Of a stretch of DNA of 64,000 nucleotides, positions 23,076 through 36,192 are shown piece by piece; positions within the stretch are counted from its first letter, which is position 1, and each line of letters starts with the position of its first letter. The notes under the pieces are model-generated. The model did no database searches and was not told where the DNA came from. It saw only the letters and a program-made list of their open reading frames with translations. The DNA is from Camelus ferus (taxonomy: Eukaryota). The DNA is taken from assembly GCF_009834535.1 (NCBI RefSeq), contig NC_045696.1, positions 112,408,001-112,472,000 on the forward strand, written 5' to 3'. The translations under genes were made by a program, and so were the position numbers.

Positions 23076-26009
23076 AAGAATTATTTAGGAGCAGCAAATT
23101 ATACTTATAAAAATAACTTTAAAGTCTCTAGATTATGCCTACCCATATGATCAGACCTTTATGGAATCAATCATTTCCATGATTCAGGAAGCATATCATT
23201 TTAACTAAGTCTAAGTAGATCATTTTGATTGAATGCACAACCAGTTGCTGTTTTTTTTTAATTTGTATTGAGGAAAACTAAAATTAGCAATAAAGAGTGA
23301 TTAAAGAGGAGACTAAGACCATCAGATCATCTACCCCCTCATACCCGCTTCATTCTCTTTCTTAGGACAGTAGGCCTTTAATTTCCAAGCTTTTTTTTTT
23401 TTTTTAAACAAGTTGTAATAACTGTACTGATTTGCTCTTTCCTTGGTTTTGATGCACGTACTAATTCAATTACAAGCTCCCCGAGGGCAGGAGTCATATC
23501 TTTTTGCATCATTTAGCACAGATCTCATGACATAGCTCAATGAGACTAGGTAAAATAACAAAACTACTTAAGCTTAAAATCAAAAGTCATTAGATTGGTT
23601 GGTTGGTTCCTGTCATCAATAATGACCCAAGGTTTGCAAAATGTTCCCTGAATTTCACCTCTTGTAACTTACAGAACCCAACCACATGAAAGCAGAGTGT
23701 ACTATGTCAACTTTCAGTACATTTATGGAAACCAGGACCATCAATCTTGATGGTCTAGGGAAAGTTAATCTTTACCTGCACTGCCCATTATTTAATTTTA
23801 TGCCTTTAAAAGATTACATCTGATAAATCAGCCATAATCAAAACTTTGAGCTCCACATACAGTTAACCAGATGGCATCCCAGTGCCATTTAAGTGAAAGT
23901 CAATGGGCAGGAAGCTCATGCTGTAGAGACAACTGTTCTAACCTGAGCAGAATAAACGTGCACGAGGAGACACTGGCCAGCCGTGTCCAGAGAGGAGAGT
24001 CTAATTCAGGAAACACACACACACAATGCTGATTGTACAGAAATGTGTCTTTACATCATCTATAAAGACAGGCTTCCAAAGCAAATTAATAGTGTAAGCA
24101 ACACGTTTATCAAACAACTCTATATAAATCATTCTTATATAAGCAATAATTCAATTTCACTGAGAGCTTTTCTATAAGGAATTTAGTCATCAAACTCTGA
24201 ATACATGGTCTTTACTGAAAATATTCTATTTCTTTTGAAATAATCGATAGTTGAGGTTTCTCCACTGCTTGGACTAGTTTTCCTCCAGTAAGTCTGAATG
24301 AACAAAAGTTCATCATCTCCTTAAATTATAAAAGAAAGCACAAGTATAATTCAAGGCCAAGGAACCGAAACAGAAGAAGTTCTTCTCATTTTTCCTTTGA
24401 AGTTGCTCTCATCCCCTAGGATCCATGGAGGAGTAAGCCTTTCCTACGCCAAGTCTTCAAAACAAAAAATGAAGTGGAAAGTTACTTGATTATTTGGCAA
24501 ATTCAGTCATGAGGCAAGCCAACCTAGATTAACTGAGGCTTTATTTTAGTACCGATTTTTGCTTATGATTTTTCTAAGAGATTAGGGATTTCAAATTCAG
24601 TGTCTAGAGTAGCATTTTTGTTTTAAATTTTAAATGGGGAAACAAGAAACTAGGATATCCCAACCCAACTCCCATTCTCAAATGTAATTGGAAAATTTAG
24701 GGAGATAACCACGAGTCACTTAATAATGGAACATCTTACTTAAAGACATAATGGGTACACAAGATTCCTAAACTGTCTATTCCTTACTGGTTTCTAACCG
24801 CCAATGGGACACGCTTTGCACACTGAATGCAACAAGTATAGACGTTTCTGGCAGAAAGTCTTAGAAAGGTTAAATGTAGCAGTGGGACCCATCAGACTCA
24901 GCCCATAAGCTTCAAGGTTAGAAGCTAACATTTCAATGATCTGCCTGATCATTGGTGGTGCGTCACTGTGGAAACTGCAAAGATGTCCTGGTATTTGGGC
25001 TAAATGCTGGGGAGTACTACTGTGAAACACAGCTTCATGAAGACCTAACAATGAAGGCTCGTGTACTAACGATATGGCTACTTCAAGTCTTAGTAATTTG
25101 TTCTACATCCAATCAACTTACATAGACATAGACATTAGCAGGTTATTAAGGAGATTTTTCCCAAAGGATTCTGAGGAGGAGCAGAGGAAGAATTGCACTG
25201 AGGCAGTATTTTATTTTGCATTTAAAGACAAGTAACATTATATTTCGTTGAATAATTAAAAGAATTCTATTCTTCAAAAATGCCACCAGCAAAACCCTCA
25301 GCCAAAATAAGGGTTTAATTTATCTTCCCTGAGATGCACACAAATATTAAACAAATCAACAGGCGTTAGACATATCTTTAAAATTTCATTACACTCTAAC
25401 CTGCTACGAAGAGCATTTACTGCTGTGAGGCAGAGTCCCAACTTTTTAAACGGGTGGCAAGAATCTACTGGGCTCAACGTGTTTCTCCCTTTATACCTGC
25501 TCTCTCTATTCTGGAAAGTTTTTTGTCAGTGTCCAAACCACAGTTTTGTATATATTAAGGTCATTTATTTTAGACATGCAGTGTTGCATACCGCTGAACC
25601 ACAGGCCAAACTGTGCACACAAATATATTTTTCGGCCAATACTCTTTAAGATGGAATTTGAGGGCTTTTAGATGGGTCTAACTCTGGCTCTTTAGAGGCT
25701 CCCTCTTCCCTGCTGCCTTCCACCAGCTATTTGGAAGCTTTCTCACTCTGACATTATCTTCCTCGTCTCTTGTGCTTTGTTTTCCTAACTTAGAAGAGTG
25801 CCTAGCATGTGTCAGTCCTTTGCCACCAGCCTGTTGCCAGCAGGAAATTAGTCTCTTGGCCCCTTTGAAACCTCTCCCTGCACACTGGGCTCTGAATCAA
25901 GAAGACGGCCAAGCGTTGGGCATGTTTCCCACAATGCTGATAGTGAGTTATTTACTGTCAACCACCGACTGGTAAGATTAAATTTCTTCCCACAGCATTT
26001 AATGATAAT

Positions 26010-26370
26010 CACAGAATATTTGATGTATCACCACCCACATTCTCCCAGATCCCTCCCCTATATTTGCACACACCGGCTCCCCATGTGTTCACTCCCAACA
26101 GGCAGCACCTGTGACTCTTTGTGGGCTGATCATCAGATACAAGAGGAATAAATATGGTAGCTCGTTGTCCCTGGTTGTGATGACTCTAGGGTAGGACTGA
26201 GCAGAACTCCCCAGCAGGACAGGACCTAAATGACTCTCCAATGCACTTTTCTTGATACAACCTCTTTATTAGCCTCCTTCTCCTGCCAGTCCCAACCCTC
26301 CCCAACTCTTCCTCTTACTTTCCCCCAATCGTCATCATAAGCTCTGCTTCTGGGAAATCTACTTAAGATG
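26010..26370 (+). mobile_element. Old ERVL-type LTR (LTR16-like)
   Basis: cagcacctgtgactctttg...gcagaactccccagcaggac...gctctgcttctgggaaatctacttaagat. Confidence 0.55.
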
Positions 26371-27631
26371 GTTCATTTCCCAAATGGGAAATGACTCTTC
26401 TAGAGACCCTGTAGTGTTACCATCAAACAAAGAGACTCAAGTTGGAACTTACATGAGTTACAATATATGCACTAACTCTGTGCATACAATGCACTTTCAA
26501 TTCTCAAGGGCCCTCAGTACATAAATCAGTTACCACAAGGATGCTTGCGGCTGACAGCAGAATCATTCATCAAGTGCATGCCTGGTACTTGGCAGCAGGT
26601 ACTCCATGGTGATGCCAAATTTGCAATAATATGCAAAAATTTCTCTTGCTAACAAGGGACTATGGGGCACCTTACCAGTTTTTTCAGATTTACCATATAA
26701 CAGGATTAATTTACCAACTGAAATCTCAAACCTCGATATGGTTGTGAATTTTAAATTTGGACTCCTATTTCTGGAACTTTGATTTTTAATTTGTTACTCT
26801 TCAGAATTGCTTTTTGGCAAAAGCAGAATGAGTAAGTGCTAATGATATAGAGGATCCGGGTTCAGAGGCTGGTGTTACAATTTTCTAATACATTAAGTAT
26901 TTAAAGACATGAGACAGTACATTATATCTGCATGGTAATTTAGTTCAGAAGTTCACAATTATTTTATTTTCAATATTAATTGCTTTTGTCTCTCAATAAA
27001 TGACTCTGCAGGAAGCGGAATTCAATTTCATTCATTTTCAATAATCGAGATTGCTTTGAACCAGCTCAATAACTCTCACTCCTCTTGGCCTCCGATGTAT
27101 TGCTGGAGGTAGCACATAAATAATCCCAGTTTTCTTTTTAGATTCCCAAGCCAAGCTGGCTTTTGGCAAAAGAGCTAAGGAGACACAGTTTGCTCTCCAT
27201 GCTCCAGTCCTTTGCTTTATGGCCTCTTCAGCATCCACAGTCCCCTGCTTATCAGTTTCTCATACCGTTGTCACCCCTGCCCCCTCTATCCTGCCAAGAG
27301 CAAGTGTAGGAGAAAGTAATTTACATTCTTGGGATCTCCAGATCCTTGCCTGTCTCATCCTGTGCCTCTGCCTACATATTCAAATACACCAAGAAATGAG
27401 CCGTGGGGTCAAGTCAAAGACCGCCATCTCCATAGAGCCCTGCAGATATGCCCGGGGAGAAGGGAGCATGTGGCTCCACCTCTCCCATCCTCCTTCACCT
27501 CCTCATGTGGCTTAGAGGTTTTCACACACCTCTCTACTAGACAACCGGCTTCTCAAGGTTGCAAAGCACAAGCCATTCCTCTGCAAATTTCACGTAATGC
27601 TTAGCTATATTGCTTGTCCAAAAAGTCTGAA

Positions 27632-28171
27632 TGATGGGAGCAAACTAAATGTCCATCAACAGATGAATGAATGAAGAAGATGTGGTGTACATATATTTGT
27701 ATATATACATATACACAAAATGGGGTACTACTCAGCCAAGAAAAAGAATGAAATAATGCCACTTGTAGCCACGTTGATGGACCTAGAGATTATTATACTA
27801 AGTGAAGTAAATCAGACAGAGAAAGACAAATATCATATATCACTTACATGTGGAATCTAAAAAAATGACAAAAATGAACTTATTTATGAAACAGAAACAG
27901 ACTCATAGACATAGAAAACAAACTTATGGTTATCAAAGGGGAAAGGAGGGGAGGGATAAATTAGGTGTTTGGGATTTGCAGATACAAAGTACTACATATA
28001 AAATAGATAAACAACAAAGTCCTACTGTATAGCACAGGGAACTATATTCAATAGCTTGTAATAACCTATAATGAAAAAGAACATGAAAAATTATATATAT
28101 GTATGTATAACTAAATCACTAAGCTGTACATCAGAAATTAACACACTGTAAATCAACTATACTTCAATTTT
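27632..28171 (+). mobile_element. 5'-truncated L1 (ORF2 end and 3'UTR)
   Basis: L1 3' sequence; perfect TSD aaaaagtctgaa at 27620-27631 and 28172-28183. Confidence 0.95.
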
Positions 28172-28534
28172 AAAAAGTCTGAAGGAATAAATAAACCAAT
28201 GGATGAATGAACTAATGAGCAGTGGGTTAAGAGAGGCTTGTCTATATTTTAGCCATATGAAACTACTTCAGTTTCTCCACCACCACAGTTTCTCCACTCA
28301 CCTCAGAGCCTTTGTTATCCATAGATCCTAACCCTGATTAGGTTGTACTGGTTCTGTCTCTGTGGACCCCCATCCAGCCCCCACTTGGCTGAGAACCCCT
28401 CAAGGTGAGGGACCGTGGTGTCCAGGTCCAGAGTAGGAGTTCAACCATTTCTGTGGAATGAACAGGATCTTGATGCTCTGTGGTTTCATCAACTTTCCTG
28501 TCCAAAGTTTACATTTCAAAAGATGACTCCAGGC

Positions 28535-28796
28535 TACAAACTTGTGGTTGCCAAGGGGGCGGGGGGTGGGAAGGGACAGACTGGGATTTCAAAATGTAGA
28601 ATAGATAAACAAGATTGCACTGTGTAGCACAGGGAAATATATACAGGATCTTGTGGTGGCTCACAGCAAAAGAGAATGTGACAATGAATGTATGTATGTT
28701 CATGTATAACTGAAAAATTGTGCTCTACACTGGAATTTGACACAACATTGTTAAATGACTATAACTCAATAAAAAAAAAAAAAGTTAAAAAAAAAA
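28535..28796 (+). mobile_element. Young L1 3' tip, similar to 1145-1398
   Basis: Perfect 17-bp TSD aaaagatgactccaggc at 28518-28534 and 28797-28813; poly-A tail. Confidence 0.96.
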
Positions 28797-28947
28797 AAAA
28801 GATGACTCCAGGCAGGATGCCTCATGACAATGGTGTTAAGAGGTCATACTTCAAGGTAAGTGCGGGAGAGAGAGACGGTAGACTTACCCACAGACTCTGC
28901 CTTTGTCCCAGTGCACTTTTTGATTTAGGTAACTCTACAGGAGTTTT

Positions 28948-30036
28948 TTGTTTGTTTGTTTTTGTTTTTTTATGTTTTTTTTTTTTAATTGAAGTACAGT
29001 CAACTACAACGTGTCAATTTCTGGTGTACAACACAATGTCCCAGTCATGCATATACATACATATAGTCATTTTCATATTCATTTTCATTAAAGGTTATTA
29101 CAAGATATTGAATATAGTTCCCTGTGCTATACAGAAGAAATTTTTAAAAATCTATTTTATATATAGTGGCTAACATTTGTAAATCTCAGACTCTCAAATT
29201 TATCCCTTCCCACCCCCTTTCCCTGGTAACCATAAGATTGTTTACTATGTCTGCAAGTCTGTTTTTGTTTTGTAGATGAGTTCATAGTGTCCTTTCTTTT
29301 TCTTTTTTTTTTAGATTCCACATATGAGTGACATCATATAGCATTTTTCTTTCCCTTGCTGGCTTACTTCACTTAGAATAATGGTCTCTAAGTCCATCCA
29401 TGTTGCTGCAAATGGCATTATTTTATTTTATTTTATTTTTTTAATGGCTGAGAAGTATTACATTGTATAAGTATACCACAACTTCTTTATCCTGTCAATG
29501 GACATTTAGGTTGCTTCCATATCTTGGCTATTGTATATAGTGCTATAAACATTAGGGTGCATGTATCTTTCCAAATTAGAGTTCCCTCCAGATATACACC
29601 CAGAATTGGGATTGCTGGATCATATGGTAAGTCTATTTTTATTTTTTAAGGATTCTCCACACTGTTTTCCATAATGGCTGCACCAAACTACATTCCCACC
29701 AGCAGTGTAGGAGGGTTCCCTTTTCTCCTTTGTGGAGAAATAAATAAGCCTACATTTATTATTTGTAGGCTTTTGGGTGATGGCTATTCTGACCAGTGTG
29801 AGGTGATACCTCATTGTAGTTTTGATTTGCATTTCTCTGGTAATTAGTGATACTGAGCATTTTTTATGTGCCTATTGGTCATTTGTATGTCTTCACTGAA
29901 GAATTGCTTGTTTAGGTCTTCTGCCCACTTTTGGACTGGGTCTTTTATTTTTTTCTTATTAAGTTGTATGAGCTGCTTATATATTCTGGAAATTAAGCTT
30001 TGTCAGTTGCATCACTTGCAAATATTTTCTCCCATT
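28948..30036 (-). mobile_element. 5'-truncated L1 (ORF2 C-terminus and 3'UTR)
   Basis: [15 protein letters not shown] on the minus strand; TSD ctctacagga(g/a)tttt at 28933 and 30037. Confidence 0.96.
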
Positions 30037-30329
30037 CTCTACAGGAATTTTAAATACTCTTACCTAAAATCCAAAGCAGGGGGCCTTCCAAATCCATTCA
30101 CCTACTAGTATTTCATCAACATTTATGGAGCACGTGGGCTATGTTTATTGGCACAGGATTTCTTTTCATCTGTTTGCAGTCATTTTCAAGACTGTTGTAA
30201 TTGTTTCCCTCTAGAGATCACAGGTTCCTAGAGGAAAGGACATCTGACTTCTCTTCCCTGGGCTCCCAAGTGGAATGTTGGCACCACACTCCGAGTCTGG
30301 GTAGTAGGGACAGCTGCCAAGGATTCAAT

Positions 30330-30500
30330 TCAGTTCACTTTGGACAGCATTTGTGCGAACCCGCTAAGCAAAGGAAGCTGTGTTTGTTTGGATTAAGGAA
30401 GAGCTAAATATAAATAAAGTCCCATCTTTATCCCCCAGAAATCTTACAGTTTTGTGAAGGAGGAAGCCAGGTAAGGAACAATGTTTGTAACAAGGCCAAG
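30330..30500 (-). mobile_element. L2 fragment
   Basis: caattcagttcactttggacagcatttgtg...cccccagaaatcttacagt. Confidence 0.45.
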
Positions 30501-31329
30501 GGGGAGAGTGTAGCAGGTTTTCTTAAGATGCTCTCCCGGATACTGTGAAGGGGTTGAGTTTAATTTCATAAATTATTATGCAATTAAAGGACTAGAAAGA
30601 GTTTGATAGGTGTCTGGTGTCTTCCCTATAACCAATGGAATGCCCAGGAGCCAGGCTCAAAAGTGTGTTATGTGACCTTGTCTTTAAGTTCTTAACTGTG
30701 TGTAGGGGGATGGAGTGGGGGGCTCCCATAATATTTACCCAATGGGTTTATCGCCATCAGACGCTGTCATAAACCCAGGGGCACTGCTCTTCACTAGGTT
30801 ACATATGCCTTCATTTGCTTAAAAACGAGTATCTCCCCTGAGCCGACTCCCATTCTTTTTGCCTTTCCTTATTAAGGATACTTCCCGATAGTAATTACTT
30901 TTGCTGTTCTGCTCTGAACTCACAGCCCAGTTAAGTAGGAATGCCCCAAACTGTAGACAATAAGCAAGCTAATAAAAGTTGGGTTCAGGCTGTGGGAACT
31001 CGAGGAGTTAATATTTGTAAAGTGCTTAGAACAGCGTATGGCATGTGGTGAGTCCAATGAAAGTGTTACAGCTCTTACTGTGTTTCTGTTTTGCTCTTGT
31101 CACCGATGAGGTGATGTTATCGTACTGATTTGGGGGAACTCAATAGGCAGGATTTGTAGGCTAACCTAGCTTTTGCAAAAAAAAAAAGGGGGGGGGGCAT
31201 TGAATTTGAAATCACAAGACTTACACTTAAATCTTAATAACCTTCTACTTGTTAGTTTTGTGATGTCCAGCAAGTCGCTCCACGGGCCCAACCATCAGGA
31301 GACAAGCGGTGCTGATGACTCTCTCTCAA

Positions 31330-31500
31330 CCTAAGATTCATCACTGTGAGCACTGGCTGAGCACTTACTGTATGCCAAATTTGATGAGACTGCGAGGAAT
31401 ACAGAAATCGTTTGGGATGGGTGCTAGTACTATTCCCATTTTATCCGGGAGGATGCAGGCAGGAGGAGATGAAGTGGCTTACCTCAAGTAACTGACAGTC
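31330..31500 (-). mobile_element. MIR fragment
   Basis: ctgagcacttactgtatgcca...tactattcccattttat...gaagtggcttacctcaag. Confidence 0.7.
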
Positions 31501-32639
31501 TCCATTATAAAAGCACAGTAAGAGTACCAGAGCTACTGAAAGGGCCAGTCGATGAGACAGGGAGCATCAGTCACAGGGTGAATCCACATACGGCTTCTTT
31601 TGTGGATGAAGTTTTGTGTTTGGGAGGAGCGGTCAGGTGAGTTGAATTGGGGGCTTAGTGGCTCACTGATGCTCCTGACTTTAACTGCAGATCCTCTCCT
31701 CAAACAACTCATTCCCTCCCCAAGTTTCTGCTTCTAATAACTTCTCCAGTCCTGTGAATGGAATTATCGTTAATCTAGTTTTCCAGATTTGAATCACTGG
31801 ACTTTGAGTCCTTTTGGCCCACCTTCTCCCAGTTGTCCTGGAGTGTGTTTCTCACCTCTTTCCTTATACGCATCCCATCTTTCCACACCCACTTCAGACT
31901 TTTCTTTCCTCTTATTTCTACTCCTGCTATCAGAGTATCCCACCTTCTTGCCCGACTTTTATGTCCATCCTGTTCTAAAATATTTCACCTTTTGCTGCCT
32001 GATTTTTCTTCCTAAAGAGTAGCTCTGCCCTGATATCTTTCTCCAAGGTCTGAGGTGGCTCTCCGAGCTCTCCTGATGTCTGCACGAATTCTACCTGGCA
32101 GTCAGTGCTGTTGGTGGTTGGTGACTGGTGGAGACGCTAATTCACATCACATTTCCATAGAAGGGATTTCACTTCCAGGCCCTCCTTCAAGAAAGAGCAG
32201 CATGAGAGAGAACATTTATTTTTGCCAAGTCTGGTAAGACACAGGTAGAGACTGCTATGTACACAGGATGTAGTTGAGCTTTGGCTGATTTCTTTAGAAT
32301 TGGTCTGTTATGAGAAGTCTCTAGTCCCCTCTCTTCCAGACTCCACCTTTGGGTCTAGAGGCGGTGGATGTCGACATGTTCTGTAGACAAATGCATGCAA
32401 ATTTAGAAAGTTGGGCTAAGCTTCTGTTCCAAACTACATGACCCGTGCTAGCTTTATTGGCAATTCTGCTGGTGAGTAAATCTGTATCTGTTTCCTATTT
32501 CTTTATGTCAAACTGGTCAGAACGCACAGGTGAAGGAATATAGAAAATGCCTCAAAAACCTTAATAAAAACCCTTTGCAATTTGGCGTGAATTAATCTCA
32601 TAAGCCTCTTAACTATCTCTTGCAAAATACTGACCTGAT

Positions 32640-33010
32640 GGTTCTTGCTCAGGTTCACTCTTGATTGCCCTCCAAGTGCATCCAGTTCCCCCATAGCTTT
32701 CTGTCATTGTGCATTCTGTCTCTTCAGTGAACCCATTTCTCAATTTTTTCTTTTTGGTTTGGAATATCCTATGGTTCCGGGCTCTTTTAAGATGCTGCTG
32801 CCTCCTTCAAGCACAAAAGTAGTTTCTCATCTGCATGAATTCTTATCACATCCAGTTCTCCTCTACTTTGGTTAGTTCACTTTGCATTGTTTTATTTGTA
32901 CTTTTGTCTTATCATCTTTTCTTAACTAGAACTTCTTTGAAGTATCTTTTGTCTGATAACACACAGTGCCTAAAGAATTAATAGCAGTATTCTCAACAAT
33001 ATCAACTGAA
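32640..33010 (+). mobile_element. L2 3' region fragment
   Basis: Pyrimidine-rich; aactagaacttctttga...acacagtgcct...tcaacaatatcaactgaattga. Confidence 0.5.
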
Positions 33011-33539
33011 TTGAAGATATAGTCTTATTTTTAAATAGGTAGGTGACCGAACAAAGCTCTATTAACAATAAATCTTCCTGTACTAATTTAAAGATGTATG
33101 ACTTGATTTTTGCAAATATGCTTATCCTCTCCTCATGCTTCTCATATTTCTATGCACTTAAGATTCAAAGAGGCTGGACTCTCCTTTGGTTTTTAGGCCC
33201 AAAGCATCTTTAGACTGTTCTTTGAAAGTATTTTCAAGTTTCCTTCTTTTTTTGTCCTTTGCAACCCTCAGGCCAAGACCTGTTTTATTGCTGCAGAAAC
33301 TCCCTCTCTCCTACGTTTACAAACAGAAGGTTCACAACGACAATTATGCGTTTCTGTTCCTCCTCCATACTTTATCTGTGTTTCTTAATATCCCTGACAA
33401 GTTGTTTAAACTCTGCTCTCTCTCAACACCTGCTTTTCCTCTGCAATGATTAAATATTTTCACTTAAAATTCTACCTCTTCTTCCCCCGCAGTCCCACAC
33501 AGAAGGTCCTATTCTACCTTTGTTAAACATGGCATATCA

Positions 33540-34140
33540 AAGGTACACATTTATCTCCACCTCCTCCCAAAAGACATAAATCCACAAGGTTAAGAGACTG
33601 GGAGAGCAGATGACAGCAGATGAAAGATGTCAACAAAATTTTCATAGCTAGAAAGCATACAGAAAACTTAGAAGACCAGAGAGAATTAAAACACTAAATT
33701 GTAGCTTGCGTCAAAGAGGTGTAGATGGTCAACAAGAACCAATTTATATGACAGAAGGGAATGTAATCTTTTTGTCTAAGAGCAGTATTTTTACAATCAT
33801 ATACATAATATTGAATATTGATTGGATTAAAATTGTGATATAGCTCTATGGGAAAACAGAGGTGGGGAACTGAGTACATGAATGTAATATGAAAGAGTTA
33901 AATCTGTATTTTCTATAATTGGAAGCCAGGAAATGATTTCTACAATTGAATAATTTAAAAAAAGAATATAAACAGGTAAATTGGAAATACTAGAATAGAA
34001 CAAAAGAAAATTGTTGACAAGTTGAAAACCATTGCCTCAAGGGAGCAGGAATCACTGCTGGAAAAAGGTGGTGCACGGCATTGCTGTTTTGTTATAAGTC
34101 ATGTCGAATGCTTGACTTCCAGAACTGAATACATGTAATA
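33540..34140 (+). mobile_element. HAL1/ancient L1-like fragment
   Basis: atattgaatattgatt...aaaattgtgatata...gttgaaaaccattgcctcaagggagcagga...ttgctgtttttgttataagtc-like HAL1 3' motifs. Confidence 0.55.
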
Positions 34141-34419
34141 GTGTTCCTCTAAAAAGAAACCTCTTCACTCAAGTGTAACAGGACATTATTTTAATATTTC
34201 TGAAATCGTGAGCCCTTTGAGAAGAAACGCTTCATTTGAAAAGTATTAACTCAATGGTCTCACCTTCAGGATTGATCCTTTTGAAAAACATTGACCACTT
34301 CTTGGTGACTTTGGTCATAACGTAATGAAATGTGCCTCATGTGCTACAAGAAGGCTATCTGTGTGATGGTGAACATGCCGCCTGCTAGACCCCCTCCCCA
34401 GCCACAGTCTGGAGCGGTG

Positions 34420-34780
34420 GGGGTGCTTCCCAGGTTTGATTCTTCCACAGCCATTCCAACATACCATCTGACTGTTGTCCTATGAAACTCCATGAGTCTA
34501 GAAACTTGACACTCACATAAGCTTAGCGTGTGTTTTTCCATCTGTCTGAAATGCCCTTCTTTGCTTGCCTAGAAAACTCTTAATTCCCTTCAAAAATCTA
34601 GAGTAAATTGTTCCTTCTTCCACAAAGCATTCCCTCCCCAGATAGTTAATGGTGTCCTCTTCCCATTTTCTTGATTCTGTTACTCACGACGTCACTCACA
34701 ACCAACTATCTGAGGTCTCTGAGAAAGGGAACTGTATCTTACTTATTTATTCACAGTGCCAAAAATATTTATCAAATGAA
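34420..34780 (+). mobile_element. L2 fragment
   Basis: ttccatctgtctgaaatgcccttc...aaaactcttaattcccttcaaaaatc...aaatatttatcaaatgaa. Confidence 0.6.
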
Positions 34781-35989
34781 CAGATTCAGGAGATTAGGCA
34801 GCTCCTACCAAACACCTGAAAAGTCCAACCAACATGAAGATACTGAGCAAAACTCATACACTTTAATTCTCAACACTACATAAGAGGCATGTTGCACAGA
34901 CTGACGTCACAGGGCTAAATGTTTGAAGGATGCCCTCTTGCCTTTATGAACCTCACAGCTAGCCCCAGAAAATCCCCCAGCCTTTTCATGACAAGCATGG
35001 TGGAAATCTGCAAGGAGAAACTGCTAGTCTGGATTGTACATATTCCAATGTCAAGGCTGAAATCCTTCAAACTCTACATCAAGATTTGGTGGACTTTTGA
35101 CAACTCTCAGTCAAATCACATGAATGCTAAAGTCTGAAGTGGAAGAGAACAAATTTGTCAAGAATTGGCAGAGACGCATGTTTCTGATGAGCCTCAGTCT
35201 GCTCTTCCAATCCTGGTTCTTTCTCCCAGTTCCTGGGATGTCAGTTTTCCACAGGCTCCTCCCCCGCCCCTTCCCCAAAGAGTCCCAGTGCTTATTTTGA
35301 GCTACTTCAACCTGCACAAAACTCCAAATCAGCTGAAAACTAGGCCTGCTTTTATTTCTGTACCGGGGACAATTACATCATTGCTGACCTGAAGAGAGAA
35401 GCAACCTTAATTTCTTTCTCTGCAGACAAATCTTTTTCATCCTCTGGAACCATAAAATCATCACTGGATGAAGCACCACAGTCAGATAAAAAGTAAAGAA
35501 ATAAAAGAGTAAGTATCTCTGGCCAAAGAGTCTACTCGTGTTTTCTGCTACCATCAAGATAACCAACAGATGCAGAATGTCTCAGAAATGTAGATACAAT
35601 TATAAACAGTTCTTAACCTTAGTCATTATGTATAAGCAAAACTTGTATGATGAAATAAGCCCTTTGACATCATAATACCTTCCTTCAGATTATCAACATT
35701 CTGACGCATATTAACATGGGAAAGTCAGATGCATTTAACTGGGATATCATATGTAAGGGGGATGGAGTTTTGTACAAAATATCCTGCAAGGTCGAGCCAT
35801 TCAGATCAACCATGCAGGCAATACAGACAGGTCATTTAGATGGCCCCAAACACCAAGTTAACTATTTTTCACTCCAATGTTTTTCACTGTGTAGGCAATA
35901 TTTATACAAAGTGAAGAGACAAAATGAGCAATAATCCTGCTAATCTATGTGAGTAGAACGACCTGCATAATTCAGTCCTGAAATGCTGG

Positions 35990-36155
35990 TAGGCAGCATG
36001 GTGCAGCGGGAGGAGCCAGTGGTGGAACCCAAAAGGCCTAAGTTCAAATTCTTTGAGCCTCTCAGTTTATTTCTCTGCAGAAAGAGGGAAAACACAACGA
36101 AAGTCACTGTACTGAGTGGAAGAGAGCCCACAGCGTAGGCTTAATAAATAGTGGT
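35990..36155 (+). mobile_element. MIR fragment
   Basis: aggcagcatggtgcagcgg...cctaagttcaaattc...gagcctctcagtttatttctctg. Confidence 0.6.
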
Positions 36156-36192
36156 GATCACTCAAAACGTGCCCCAGCCCTTCATCATATTC

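Noticed and set aside
31561..31675. 11-bp inverted repeat ggagcatcagt/actgatgctcc as MITE ends
   Set aside because: No TSD and no internal similarity to a known element.
34780..35560. Protein-like short frames (e.g. MVPEDEKDLSAEKEIK on minus)
   Set aside because: Multiple stops and no recognisable family; cannot support a pseudogene call.
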